NCBI GenBank assembly: GCA_013813715.1
Contig: JACCRF010000148.1
Coordinates: 6,562-70,561 of the forward strand
From: Gemmatimonadaceae bacterium
GTDB taxonomy: Bacteria > Gemmatimonadota > Gemmatimonadetes > Gemmatimonadales > Gemmatimonadaceae
Length of the DNA stretch: 64,000 bases
Direction of reading: 5' to 3'
In this document: positions 27,276 through 36,426 of the stretch, piece after piece
How the letters are laid out: each line of letters begins with the position of its first letter
Position numbering within the stretch: position 1 is the stretch's first letter
The notes under the pieces: model-generated
Told to the model about the DNA's origin: nothing
Seen by the model: the letters and a program-made list of their open reading frames with translations, nothing else
Database searches by the model: none
Made by a program: the position numbers and the translations under genes

Positions 27276-28582
27276 TCGCGGCGGCAGACCCGACAGTCGC
27301 CGAAGGCCGGCCCACCCTCGTCCGTGCGATCGGCCGGTGGGCGCTAACCGCCGCCGTCATCAACAGCGTAATCGGCAGCGGCATATTCGGGATGCCGGCA
27401 CCGCTCGCCGGGTACCTCGGCGCGTCGAGTCCATGGGCGGTCTTACTCGCGGGGGCGGGCATCTTTGTCATCGTGCTCTGCTTCGCCGAGGTCGGGAGCC
27501 GCTTCGACCAGGCCGGCGGCCCTTATCTTTACGCGCGCGAAGCATTTGGATCGGCGGCCGGTTTCCAAGTGGGATGGCTTCACATCCTCACGAGAATGCT
27601 CTCCGGTGCGGCCGTGCTGAATGTACTGGTCTCGTACCTGGCAGCGCTGGCGCCGGCGGCCGGAACGCCGCTCGGACGCACAATCACGATGACTGTGGCG
27701 ACCCTTTTCGTGACGGCTGTGAATCTCGGTGGAGTTCGCCAAGCCGCATGGACAGTGAGTCTCTTCACCGTTGCCAAGCTGCTGCCACTGCTCGGGCTGA
27801 TCGCAATCGGCATGTTCAAACTCAACGGCGATGTGCTCGCCGCACAGACCGTCAGCGAACCTAAGTGGACCGATGCCATCCTGTTGCTCGTGTTCGCGTA
27901 CGGCGGCTTCGAGTCGGGGATCATTGCAGCCAGCGAAACGCGCGATCCCAAACGTCACACCGCTTTCGCCCTGATAGCGGCGATGCTCTCCGTGACGGCT
28001 ATCTACTGTCTGCTGCAGCTCGTCGTCGTCGCGGTGCTCCCGAATGCGGCGAGCAACACCGTGCCCGTTGCGGCGACGCTTCGCGAGCTTCTCGGGCCGG
28101 TCGGATCTACAGTCGGCAGCCTGGCGGTTGTGATTTCCGTATACGGGTGGCTCACAGGTTTCGCGCTGATGACCCCCCGTCTGATGTTCTCGATGGCCGA
28201 GCGCGGCGAGCTGCCTGCGTTCCTCGCCCGCGTTCATCCTCGGTGGCGTACTCCGCACAACGCGATCGTCGTCAATTCCGCGATCGCACTAGCGCTCGGT
28301 CTCGCCGGAAGTTTCGCGCAGATGGCGACATTCTCCGTCATCTCGCGGATCGCGATTTACGCCACCACTTGCGGTGCCCTCATCGCACTCCGCAGGCGGC
28401 AGGGTGACGTGTCGGAATTCCGGGTGCCTGGCGGATACGCGGTCGCTCTTTCCGGCATAGCTTTCTGCGTGTGGCTTTTCGCCACACGCAGTCTCGCGCA
28501 GGCCTGGTTTCTTCCGGTTGTCATGGCGGTCGGCGCGGCTCTGTGGCTGATCGCTCGCCGACGGGGGGAAAACGATGAGTGA
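27272..28582 (+). CDS. APC-family amino acid permease; probable CTG start
   Basis: LVRAIGRW..INSVIGSGIF, GGPYLYAREAFG, FAYGGFE, RVHPRWRTP; about 12 TM segments. No ATG/GTG/TTG between 27146 and TM1. Confidence 0.88.
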   Translation: MIAAADPTVAEGRPTLVRAIGRWALTAAVINSVIGSGIFGMPAPLAGYLGASSPWAVLLAGAGIFVIVLCFAEVGSRFDQAGGPYLYAREAFGSAAGFQVGWLHILTRMLSGAAVLNVLVSYLAALAPAAGTPLGRTITMTVATLFVTAVNLGGVRQAAWTVSLFTVAKLLPLLGLIAIGMFKLNGDVLAAQTVSEPKWTDAILLLVFAYGGFESGIIAASETRDPKRHTAFALIAAMLSVTAIYCLLQLVVVAVLPNAASNTVPVAATLRELLGPVGSTVGSLAVVISVYGWLTGFALMTPRLMFSMAERGELPAFLARVHPRWRTPHNAIVVNSAIALALGLAGSFAQMATFSVISRIAIYATTCGALIALRRRQGDVSEFRVPGGYAVALSGIAFCVWLFATRSLAQAWFLPVVMAVGAALWLIARRRGENDE

Positions 28583-28767
28583 TCAGACCTTGCCGGCGCG
28601 TACGAGGCTCCGAATCCTCGATCATTACTCACCGGCGTCGGAAAGCGATTGGGCGAATGACGGATTAGAAACGGAGGAGATTCATGAGAAGATCGCCGGA
28701 CCATGACCCGCTCTACGGCAATTGCTCCTCGGCGTGCGCGCGTTAACCAGACAGGGAGATAAATCCG

Positions 28768-30237
28768 ATGTCACCTCTTCGCTCTCGTATTGCGCTGTTG
28801 CCATTCGCCGCGTTCGCGGCTTCGTCCGATCTCGCCGCGCAGCGGCCGGGAAGACCCCTGATAGAAAATGTCGCTCGAGCGATGGGCGGACGCGATCGCG
28901 TTCTCGCCGTCCGGACGCTCGTCATCGAGGGCACGGGAGACAACTTCAACCTCGGTCAGAACCCCTCCCCGGAGGCGGTGCTTCCAAGGTACGAGGTGAC
29001 GGAATTCCGCCGGTCGATCGATTTCGCCGGACGGCGGTGGCTTCAGGACCAGACCCGCGTGCCGCGCTTCACCACCGGCAACACCGCGCCTCAACGCCAG
29101 CGCAGCGGATATGACAGCGTCGCCTTCAACATTGCCGCCGATGGAACGGTGGCCCGCGGATCCGCGCGCGCCGACGTTGACCGCGCGAACGAGCTCCTCC
29201 ACCATCCCATCGGATTCATCCAGGCTGCTCTCGCGCCAGGCGTGGAGCTGACCGAACATGCGCGGGTCTCCGGCCTTCGCCACGTTCGGATGAATGCGGG
29301 CGGCAACAAGCTCGCGATGTTCATCGAACCGCGTACCAGCCTGCCCGTGCGCATCGAGAAGGTCGGAGCGCACGCGATGCTCGGAGACGTCGTAATCGAA
29401 ACCCGGATGTCCGATTGGCGCATGGTAGACGGCATCCGTCTGCCGATGCGAATCGCTCAGTGGATCGACGGTCGATGGCCGCTTTCCGATCTGCAGCTCA
29501 AGTCGGCGAGCTTGAACGCCACCTTGAGTGACATAGGCGTCACGCCCGAAGTAAGGGCGGCTCAGCCGCCGGCGGTGGCGGTGAACGTGACGGCCGATTC
29601 GATTGCTCCTGGCGTGTGGTATCTCACAGGGGGATCACACCACAGCGTTGCGATAGAAATGCGCGACCACCTCGTGCTTGTCGAGGCGCCCTTGAGCGAT
29701 GCGCGCACTCTAGCCGTGATCCGGAAGGCGCGCGAGCTGCGGCCCGACAAACCGCTGCGTTCGGTAATCAACACGCATCATCACTTCGACCATGCCGGCG
29801 GCATTCGCGCGGCGATCGCCGAAGGGCTGACGGTGGTCACACACGCCGGTAACGCGAGGTTCTTCGAGGGTCTCGCGCGGCGCCGGCACTTCGTCGTCGA
29901 AGATGCGCTGGCGAAATCACCGCGGCCGGCGCGCATCGAGAGGGTTGAAGGAAAACGAATTCTGACAGACGGCTCGCGGTCGGTCGAGATCCACCACATC
30001 AGCGGCAACCCCCACGCTGGCACGTTCCTGATGATTTACCTGCCCGCCGAGCGGATTCTCATTGAAGCCGACGCGTACAATCCGCCTGCGGCGAACACGA
30101 CGCCAGGCCCGGCACCGTTCGCGCCGAATCTCGTCGAGAACATCGACAGGCTCGGGCTGCGCGTGGATCGTGTCGTGCCAATTCACGGTGGGATCTTCAC
30201 GATGGGCGATCTTCGGGCTGCGGCACTGCGCAAATAA
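28768..30237 (+). CDS. Secreted MBL-fold metallo-hydrolase
   Basis: Signal peptide; INTHHHFDHAGG metal motif, HAGTFLMIYLP, PIHG. Confidence 0.87.
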   Translation: MSPLRSRIALLPFAAFAASSDLAAQRPGRPLIENVARAMGGRDRVLAVRTLVIEGTGDNFNLGQNPSPEAVLPRYEVTEFRRSIDFAGRRWLQDQTRVPRFTTGNTAPQRQRSGYDSVAFNIAADGTVARGSARADVDRANELLHHPIGFIQAALAPGVELTEHARVSGLRHVRMNAGGNKLAMFIEPRTSLPVRIEKVGAHAMLGDVVIETRMSDWRMVDGIRLPMRIAQWIDGRWPLSDLQLKSASLNATLSDIGVTPEVRAAQPPAVAVNVTADSIAPGVWYLTGGSHHSVAIEMRDHLVLVEAPLSDARTLAVIRKARELRPDKPLRSVINTHHHFDHAGGIRAAIAEGLTVVTHAGNARFFEGLARRRHFVVEDALAKSPRPARIERVEGKRILTDGSRSVEIHHISGNPHAGTFLMIYLPAERILIEADAYNPPAANTTPGPAPFAPNLVENIDRLGLRVDRVVPIHGGIFTMGDLRAAALRK

Positions 30238-30238
30238 G

Positions 30239-30323
30239 ACGATCTGACGAATAGGAGCGGACCAAGTGCGGACAATCAAGACTTAGAGTCCCGTCCCATA
30301 TCCGTTCGCATCCGTCAAATCGT
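30239..30323. repeat. Imperfect inverted-repeat (REP-like) element between convergent genes
   Basis: ACGATCTGACGAATAGGAGCGGA (30239-30261) versus the reverse complement of 30301-30323, ACGATTTGACGGATGCGAACGGA. Confidence 0.6.
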
Positions 30324-30333
30324 TGTCAACAGG

Positions 30334-31731
30334 TCAGGGAATCGGCCGCGGTCTTGGCCACGGCCAGGGCCAGGGATCGGGCGAGCGGCCCCCCGCCAAG
30401 CCGCGAATAGCGGCTTCGCGGACCTGCGGATCGCCCGACTCCAGAAGATCGGTCAACGCGGCCACCGATCGTTCTCCCGATTTCATCAGGGCTCGGATGA
30501 GACCGCGACGAACCCTGTCGCTTTTTTCCTGACGAAGCGCGGTGCGAATTGCGGGAAGACCGGCGCTGTCGGCGATCTGCCCGAGTGCCCACGCCGCCTT
30601 GAGCCGCGTGTCCTCGCTATCGTCGCGCAACACCTGAAACAGCGCGGCCGGTGCTCTGCCGCCACGCTGGAGTTGCCCGATCGCCCATGCCGCCGTACCG
30701 CGGACCCGCGAACTGCGGTCGCTGCCGGCAATCGCGGAGAGAGCATCAACCGCTGCCCGGTCTTCGACCTGCGCGATTGCCCACACCGCGGTTTCGCGGA
30801 CTCGGTCGTCTGCGTCACGCCGCCCTGCCGCGGCGAGGGCGGCTGACGCGCCGCGACTCTCGATACTACCCAGCGCCCACGCCGCCATTTCACGCACGCG
30901 CGGATCGCGGTCCTGGGCGAGAACGCCGCTCAGCGCCTCGACACCTTCTCGCGCTTCGAGCTTACCGAGAGCCCATGCGGCCGCTCGCCGAACCGACGCC
31001 GCGTCGTCCTGCCGGATTACTCGGATGAGCGCCGACGTAGCGATCGTCGAGTCGATTCTGCCCGCTGCGATGACTGCCGCCTCGCGTACCTTCGCTTCGC
31101 TGTCGCGAAAAAGTTCGAGCAGCGGTGAAAGCGCGCGTCCGGCTTCCATTCGACCGAGCGCCCACGCCGAGTTCGCGCGCACGCCTGTGACTCCATCACG
31201 CAACGCGCGGAGGAGGGGTTCGACGGCTGCCGCCGGCTCGACGATTCCGAGCCCAAGTGCCGCGATCTCGCGCAGCGGAGCCGACGACGACGCGAGACGA
31301 GCGATGAGGCCGCTGGCCACACTCTCGTTCCTGCTGCGTCCCAGCACACGCACTGACAGCTCGCGCACGCATGCATCTTCCGACCCCAGACCTTCGAGCA
31401 ACAGCTCGATGTCCGCCTGGGAAAGGCCCGAACCCTCGAAATCATCGCCTCGATTCGAGACTGCTGCCGCGAGCGGCGTCGAGGGCGCGTCGCTCCAGTC
31501 GCCCCATCCGAAACCCCGCACCGCCTGCGATGCGAGCGAACAGATCATTGCCGGCGCACCGCGCGCCGATGTGAGCAGCGCTCGGACGTCGAGCGGCGCG
31601 CGATCGTCGCTCGGGCCGCGTGCCTCCATCATCGCACTCTCTGCAGGAGCGACGGAGCCACTCGCGAAAATCGCGGGTCCTTCGGTGGTCAGCATAACAG
31701 CAGCTACTATCAATCCGGTTGTTCCGAACAT
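30334..31731 (-). CDS. Secreted HEAT-repeat protein (about 11 repeats) with PWPWPWPRPRPIP tail
   Basis: Repeats of the form L..L.D.D..VR..AAWALG; hydrophobic N-terminus; SD GAGGA before ATG 31731 (ATG 31755 is an alternative). Confidence 0.88.
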   Translation of the reverse strand: MFGTTGLIVAAVMLTTEGPAIFASGSVAPAESAMMEARGPSDDRAPLDVRALLTSARGAPAMICSLASQAVRGFGWGDWSDAPSTPLAAAVSNRGDDFEGSGLSQADIELLLEGLGSEDACVRELSVRVLGRSRNESVASGLIARLASSSAPLREIAALGLGIVEPAAAVEPLLRALRDGVTGVRANSAWALGRMEAGRALSPLLELFRDSEAKVREAAVIAAGRIDSTIATSALIRVIRQDDAASVRRAAAWALGKLEAREGVEALSGVLAQDRDPRVREMAAWALGSIESRGASAALAAAGRRDADDRVRETAVWAIAQVEDRAAVDALSAIAGSDRSSRVRGTAAWAIGQLQRGGRAPAALFQVLRDDSEDTRLKAAWALGQIADSAGLPAIRTALRQEKSDRVRRGLIRALMKSGERSVAALTDLLESGDPQVREAAIRGLAGGRSPDPWPWPWPRPRPIP

Positions 31732-31779
31732 GATGATTCCTCGCGAGTGGCGCATCCTGGGCTATCAGGGATAAGGGTA

Positions 31780-31795
31780 AGTTGAAAAATCAGCA
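31780..31795. promoter_or_regulatory. Putative BlaI-family operator (AGTTGAAAAATCAGCA)
   Basis: 14/16 identical to the reverse complement of the 34488-34503 site; lies just upstream of the HEAT gene. Confidence 0.55.
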
Positions 31796-31802
31796 CTAAG
31801 CT

Positions 31803-31841
31803 CCAAAGAACGGGCGCGCCGCAAGCATCTCGGCGCGCCCG
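31803..31841 (-). terminator. Intrinsic terminator after the M56 gene
   Basis: Perfect 11-bp stem CGGGCGCGCCG/CGGCGCGCCCG with a 9-nt loop, followed by TTCTTT on the minus strand. Confidence 0.75.
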
Positions 31842-31856
31842 GTTAGAACGCGCTGC

Positions 31857-34015
31857 TCAGGGGAACGGGCGCGGTTCCGGCCACGGCCATGGCCACGGAC
31901 CAGCCGCATTCCCGCCGGCCAGTGCGCGAACGGCCATCGTGCGAATCCGCTGATCGCGTGAATCAAGCAACCCTCGAATCGCGTCGACCGAATGTTCCCC
32001 GATCGCCGCGAGCGCGCGGATGTAAGCGAGCTGAAGATCCTTGTCTGTCTCGATGCGCAAGGCGGCGTCGAGTGCGGCAACCGTGTTGCGATCCTCGATC
32101 TGGTAGAGAGCCCACGCCGCGAGCTCGCGCGCCTTCGGATCGCGATCCTTGAGCATGTCCACCAATGGACGCGGCGCCTCGCGGGGTTCGACGTGCCCGA
32201 GCGCCCATGCAGCGCGGCGGCGAACCGATACGTCCGCGTCGCCGAGTGCAGCCGCGAGCGCCGCTGTAGCATCGCGGTCGCCCACATGCCCAAGCGCCCA
32301 CGCGGCGATGCCGCGAACCTTTGGTTCGGAATCTCCGCGAAGCGCCGCCGACAGCGATTCTATCACTGTTGAATTCCCGTCCTCGCAATTCGACATCGCC
32401 CATGCCGCCATCTCACGAACGGAAGCATTTGCGTCGCGCCGAAGCGCGCTCGACAATGCGGTGATCGCAACCGGCGACTCGGCGAATTCGGACAATCCCC
32501 ACGCCGCAATACGGCGGAGCGATGCACTCGTATCGCTGCGCAGCACGTTCGCGAGTAGAACCGGCCGGTCGTCGGCACGTCCCTGCGCCGAGCGCGCGCT
32601 GGCGCTTTCGTTCAGCCGCTGAAACGCCGCAGCAACCTGGTCTGTCAGCTTGGTTCTAGCGACCTCTCGATTTGTCTCTGGGGCAACGGTCTCTGTCGCC
32701 TGCGTGACGTTCGGAACGATTCCTGCGCCGACCTTCGGCGCGCCTGGCTTCAGCGCGACAGCCGCATCCGACTTTGCTTCGACCATCGCGTCGTCCTTCG
32801 AATCGGGAACATCTGCGGGAAGCGAATGATCGGGGGCGCTCGGCGTACCGAGCTCGATGTTCGTCGCAATCGTCTCGCTGCCCCGATCGGCGCGCGGAGC
32901 CGGCGCGGCCGCGCCGACGACGATTGATATCAAGGCCAGCGATGCGATCAGCGCTGCCGACTGACGGCGGCCAGGACTCGAGTGGCGGAGCTCGGGGTCG
33001 AGAATCGCGAGCATGCGGCCCTCGAACTCCTTGCGGCGAGCCATTGCAAGCGCGACGGCCGGAGTTGTGTCGCGCCTCACCGATGTCACGATGTCCAGGA
33101 GATGCTCGGCGTAGTCACTGGCGCGCGCCCCGCAGGCGAGCGCGAGGTCGTCGCAGGCTCGCTCGCTCTCGGAGCGAAGCTGCTTCGCGGCGGTCCACAC
33201 AAGCGGATGGAACCAGTATAGCGCGCACGCAATGCGTCCCAGGGTATGTCCGACGAGATCGTGACGCCGGACGTGCGCCAGTTCGTGCAGCAGCACCGCG
33301 CGGCGGCGATCGGGGCTCCACGCATCACACTCGGCCGGCAGCACGATCGTGGGCTGAAACAGTCCGCAAGCGAACGGCATCTTCGCCTCCTCGCTGCGGA
33401 GCAGGCGCGGTGGTTCGTCGAGGGATAGCCGGTCGGAGACCTCCCACAGTGGCGTGAGCCAGTCCTGGGTCTCGAGCGGCCGTGCTGCGCGAATGATCCG
33501 CCGAACAGCTAGTGCACTATAGCCAAGCGACCCGGTGATGATGGCGACAACGCCTGCCCACAGGATTACCAGCACAGCGAACGGGGTCAGCGAGCGTACA
33601 CGGTCGAGAACGTTCCAGCTTCCGGGTACATCGCGGGCGTCGCCGGAGAGTTTGGTAGCATCGGCGACACCGTTGGCACGCGCAGGTGCTGAGGTCGCCG
33701 CGCCCGGCGGGTTTTCGTCGACGGTTTTTCGGAAGCGGAGGATTCGTTCAATTGCGAGCCAGCTGGCAACGCGGCGACCACCGGCGGAAGAACCTCGAGA
33801 CGAAGTGGTGCCCACGCCGAGAGCGCCGGAACGAGGAGCAGAGCTCCGAGCGTGACCAGCCAGACGAGGTGCCGCGCCCCTGCCGACGCACGCCGCATCG
33901 CGAGAGTGATTCCAAGCGCGGCGAGCAGAATCACCGTTGCCTTCGCCAGCAGGATCACCATCGATACGTTGAACGACGGGAACGCGATCAGATCGGCGAG
34001 ATTTGCCTGTATCAT
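31857..34015 (-). CDS. BlaR1-like M56 metallopeptidase with C-terminal HEAT repeats and PWPWPWPEPRPFP tail; 1-nt frameshift at 33725-33729
   Basis: SD GGAGGT before ATG 34015; N-terminal TMs (ARHLVWL) are in one frame, while PFACGLFQPTIVLP, HELAH, ESERACD and 7 HEAT repeats are in another. One extra A in the A5 run gives a 719-aa protein. Confidence 0.85.
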
Positions 34016-34020
34016 CTGAT

Positions 34021-34428
34021 TTACCTCCCGCTCTGCCGAGCGCGGCGGATCGTGTCGCGAAGCCGCTTGACCTCGGCATCGTTGATATCGACGTCGGACA
34101 TCCTGAGGAGGGCTGTCACTGCCTGCTCCGGTGAGTCAGCGAAATAGGTTCGGACAACGTGAGCCAGCACGTCGTCGCGCGCTCTCTCGGTGGATTCGGC
34201 AGGGTAGTACACGTAGCGGGGGCCGTCTTCCTTATGCCGTATCAACGCCTTCTCACCGAGGATGCGGAGAACCGATCGCACGGCGGAGTATGTCGGCGGA
34301 TCAGGGAGGTCGCCCATGATCTCGGCGACCGTCGCGCCGTTCCGCCGGTGGAGGATGTCCATGACCTGTCGTTCGCGGCGCGAGAGTGCAGGCGAGTCGG
34401 TCTTGTTCTTCAGGAGAGCGGAGGCCAT
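34021..34428 (-). CDS. BlaI/MecI/CopY-family transcriptional repressor
   Basis: LSRRERQVMDIL, TYSAVRSVLRILGEKALI..DGPRYVY, VVRTYFADS. Confidence 0.93.
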   Translation of the reverse strand: MASALLKNKTDSPALSRRERQVMDILHRRNGATVAEIMGDLPDPPTYSAVRSVLRILGEKALIRHKEDGPRYVYYPAESTERARDDVLAHVVRTYFADSPEQAVTALLRMSDVDINDAEVKRLRDTIRRARQSGR

Positions 34429-34470
34429 CGGAATCGGGTTGGGGATTATGAGATCGAAGCTGGCGGATGA

Positions 34471-34521
34471 TGCTGAAATATCACCCGTGCTGAATTTTCA
34501 ACAGCAACCCCCGATTGTCAA
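34471..34521. promoter_or_regulatory. Two operator-like sites (TGCTGAAATATCACCC, TGCTGAATTTTCAACA) plus a TTGACA -35 for blaI
   Basis: Sites at 34471-34486 and 34488-34503, 17 bp apart; TTGACA on the minus strand at 34521-34516 places the -10 inside site 2. Confidence 0.55.
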
Positions 34522-34551
34522 GGGCGGGTTTTTGAGCCATATGGATTCGGC

Positions 34552-36171
34552 ATGAACTTGCGACTCCCGGTCCGGGCGGCGGCCTTCTTGATTCTCTCTT
34601 CGTGCGCGACGGCGTCGGCGCCCACCGCCGGGTCGGAAGCCGCCGTAGCCAGCGCCAGAGGGACGGAGGCTCAGGCTCGTCCAAATATCGTGTTCATGTT
34701 CGCGGACGACCACGCAGCCCACGCGATTTCCGCTTATCGAAGCCATCTCAGGTACGGCGCTCGCCTGCCGGCCACGCCGAATCTCGACCGTCTGGCGCGC
34801 GACGGCATGCTGTTCGTCAATGCGTTCGCGACGAATTCCATCTGCGGTCCGGCACGGGCGACCGTGTTCACCGGGCAGTACGGGCATCTGAACGGCGTTC
34901 TCACCAACACCATTAATGAGCTCCACCCGGCGACCGTCACGTTCCCCAAGCTGATGCAGGCGGCGGGATACCAGACTGCGCTCTTCGGCAAATGGCACCT
35001 CAGGAGCCGCCCTGAGGGATTCGACCTCTACGAGATCCTCGCCGGTCAGGGACCTTACTACAATCCGGTGCTCATCTCCGCAACCGACAGTGTCAGGCAC
35101 ACCGGCTATACGCTCGACATAGTGACCGACCGTGCACTCGCGTGGCTGAGTTCAGCGCGAGACCCGAATCGGCCGTTCATGATGATGCTCCACTTCAACG
35201 GTCCGCACCGGTGGTGGGACCCGGGTCCGGATCAGCTCGCGATGTATCGCGATACCCTGTTCGCCGAACCTCCTACGTTCTGGGATTCCGCGGGCGGGCG
35301 GGCATCGCCGGCGCGCGATCCGGAGATGAAGATCGCGCTCGATATGAATGCGCGTGACCTCAAGCTCGAGCCGCCGAACAATCTGACGCCCGAGCAGCGG
35401 GCGCGCTGGGAGAGCGCATACGATGCGGAGAACGCGAAATTTCGCGCATCCGGACTGCAAGGCGATGAACTCACCCGGTGGAAGTACCAGCGCTACATCG
35501 CGGACTACATGCGCGTGGTGTCGGCGCTCGATGCACAGGCGGGTCGCGTCGTTGAGGCGCTCGACAACGCGGGACTCGCCGACAACACTGTCCTGGTCTA
35601 CACGTCGGACCAGGGATTCTTTCTCGGAGATCATGGCTGGTTCGACAAGCGATGGATGTACGAGGAATCGATCCGGACACCGCTAATCGTTCGCTGGCCG
35701 GCCTCGATCGAACCGGGCTCGCGGAATACAGATCTGGTGATGAACCTCGATCTCGCCGAAACGTTTCTCGATCTGGCGGGCGCGCCGATACCTGCATCCA
35801 TGCAGGGCCGCAGCCTCGTTCCGCTCCTTAAGGGGAAGACCCCGCGCGACTGGCGGAGCGCCATCTACTATCAGTACTTCGAGTATCCTGGATGGCACGC
35901 CGTCAGGCGGCAGTACGGAGTGCGAACCGATCGGTACAAGCTCATTCATTACTATGAGACCAGCGAGTGGGAACTGTTCGATCTCGATCGCGATCCCGAA
36001 GAGCTGAAAAGCGTCTACGCCGACCGCGCGTACGCGGGGGTCGTTAAGCGGCTCGAAGGAACGTTGCGGGGTCTCCGGCGCCAGTATGCCGTTCCCGATC
36101 GCGACCCGGCTCCATACCAGCCCTTCACGCTTCCTCCGGAGTACCAGCGAAGCAATATTCGATTGAAGTGA
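34552..36171 (+). CDS. Cys-type sulfatase lipoprotein
   Basis: PNIVFMFADDH, CGPAR (CxPxR) with TGQY, GKWH, YTSDQG.FLGDHG..DKR; lipobox LSSC. Confidence 0.95.
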   Translation: MNLRLPVRAAAFLILSSCATASAPTAGSEAAVASARGTEAQARPNIVFMFADDHAAHAISAYRSHLRYGARLPATPNLDRLARDGMLFVNAFATNSICGPARATVFTGQYGHLNGVLTNTINELHPATVTFPKLMQAAGYQTALFGKWHLRSRPEGFDLYEILAGQGPYYNPVLISATDSVRHTGYTLDIVTDRALAWLSSARDPNRPFMMMLHFNGPHRWWDPGPDQLAMYRDTLFAEPPTFWDSAGGRASPARDPEMKIALDMNARDLKLEPPNNLTPEQRARWESAYDAENAKFRASGLQGDELTRWKYQRYIADYMRVVSALDAQAGRVVEALDNAGLADNTVLVYTSDQGFFLGDHGWFDKRWMYEESIRTPLIVRWPASIEPGSRNTDLVMNLDLAETFLDLAGAPIPASMQGRSLVPLLKGKTPRDWRSAIYYQYFEYPGWHAVRRQYGVRTDRYKLIHYYETSEWELFDLDRDPEELKSVYADRAYAGVVKRLEGTLRGLRRQYAVPDRDPAPYQPFTLPPEYQRSNIRLK

Positions 36172-36209
36172 CTCCGGGGTTTGCAACCGGCAACGCAACC
36201 AGTTTCGGC

Positions 36210-36397
36210 ACAGCGTTAACACAGATGCACAGATGGAAACCGATGTCACAGATGAAACGGCCAAACCAGGAAAGGATTCGGGAACGACGGTGCGGTAGTG
36301 GGCGGTTGTGCAGTTCCCCCCTTTGATCGTTTGCAGTTGTTGTCCCGCCGTCATCCTTGCTCATCTGAGGTCATCTGAGCATCTGTGTTAACGCTGT
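36210..36397. repeat. 188-bp palindromic element with perfect 19-bp terminal inverted repeats (MITE/REP-like)
   Basis: ACAGCGTTAACACAGATGC (36210-36228) and GCATCTGTGTTAACGCTGT (36379-36397), with internal tandem (A/T)CAGATG units on both arms. Confidence 0.85.
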
Positions 36398-36426
36398 CAA
36401 ACCCGACAGTCCGGAGAGCACCGCGC

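Noticed and set aside
28768-34428. Beta-lactam resistance cassette (MBL plus blaR1/blaI)
   Set aside because: The M56 sensor is HEAT-type, not penicillin-binding. The MBL-fold protein is a large generic hydrolase, and no operator copy was seen upstream of it.
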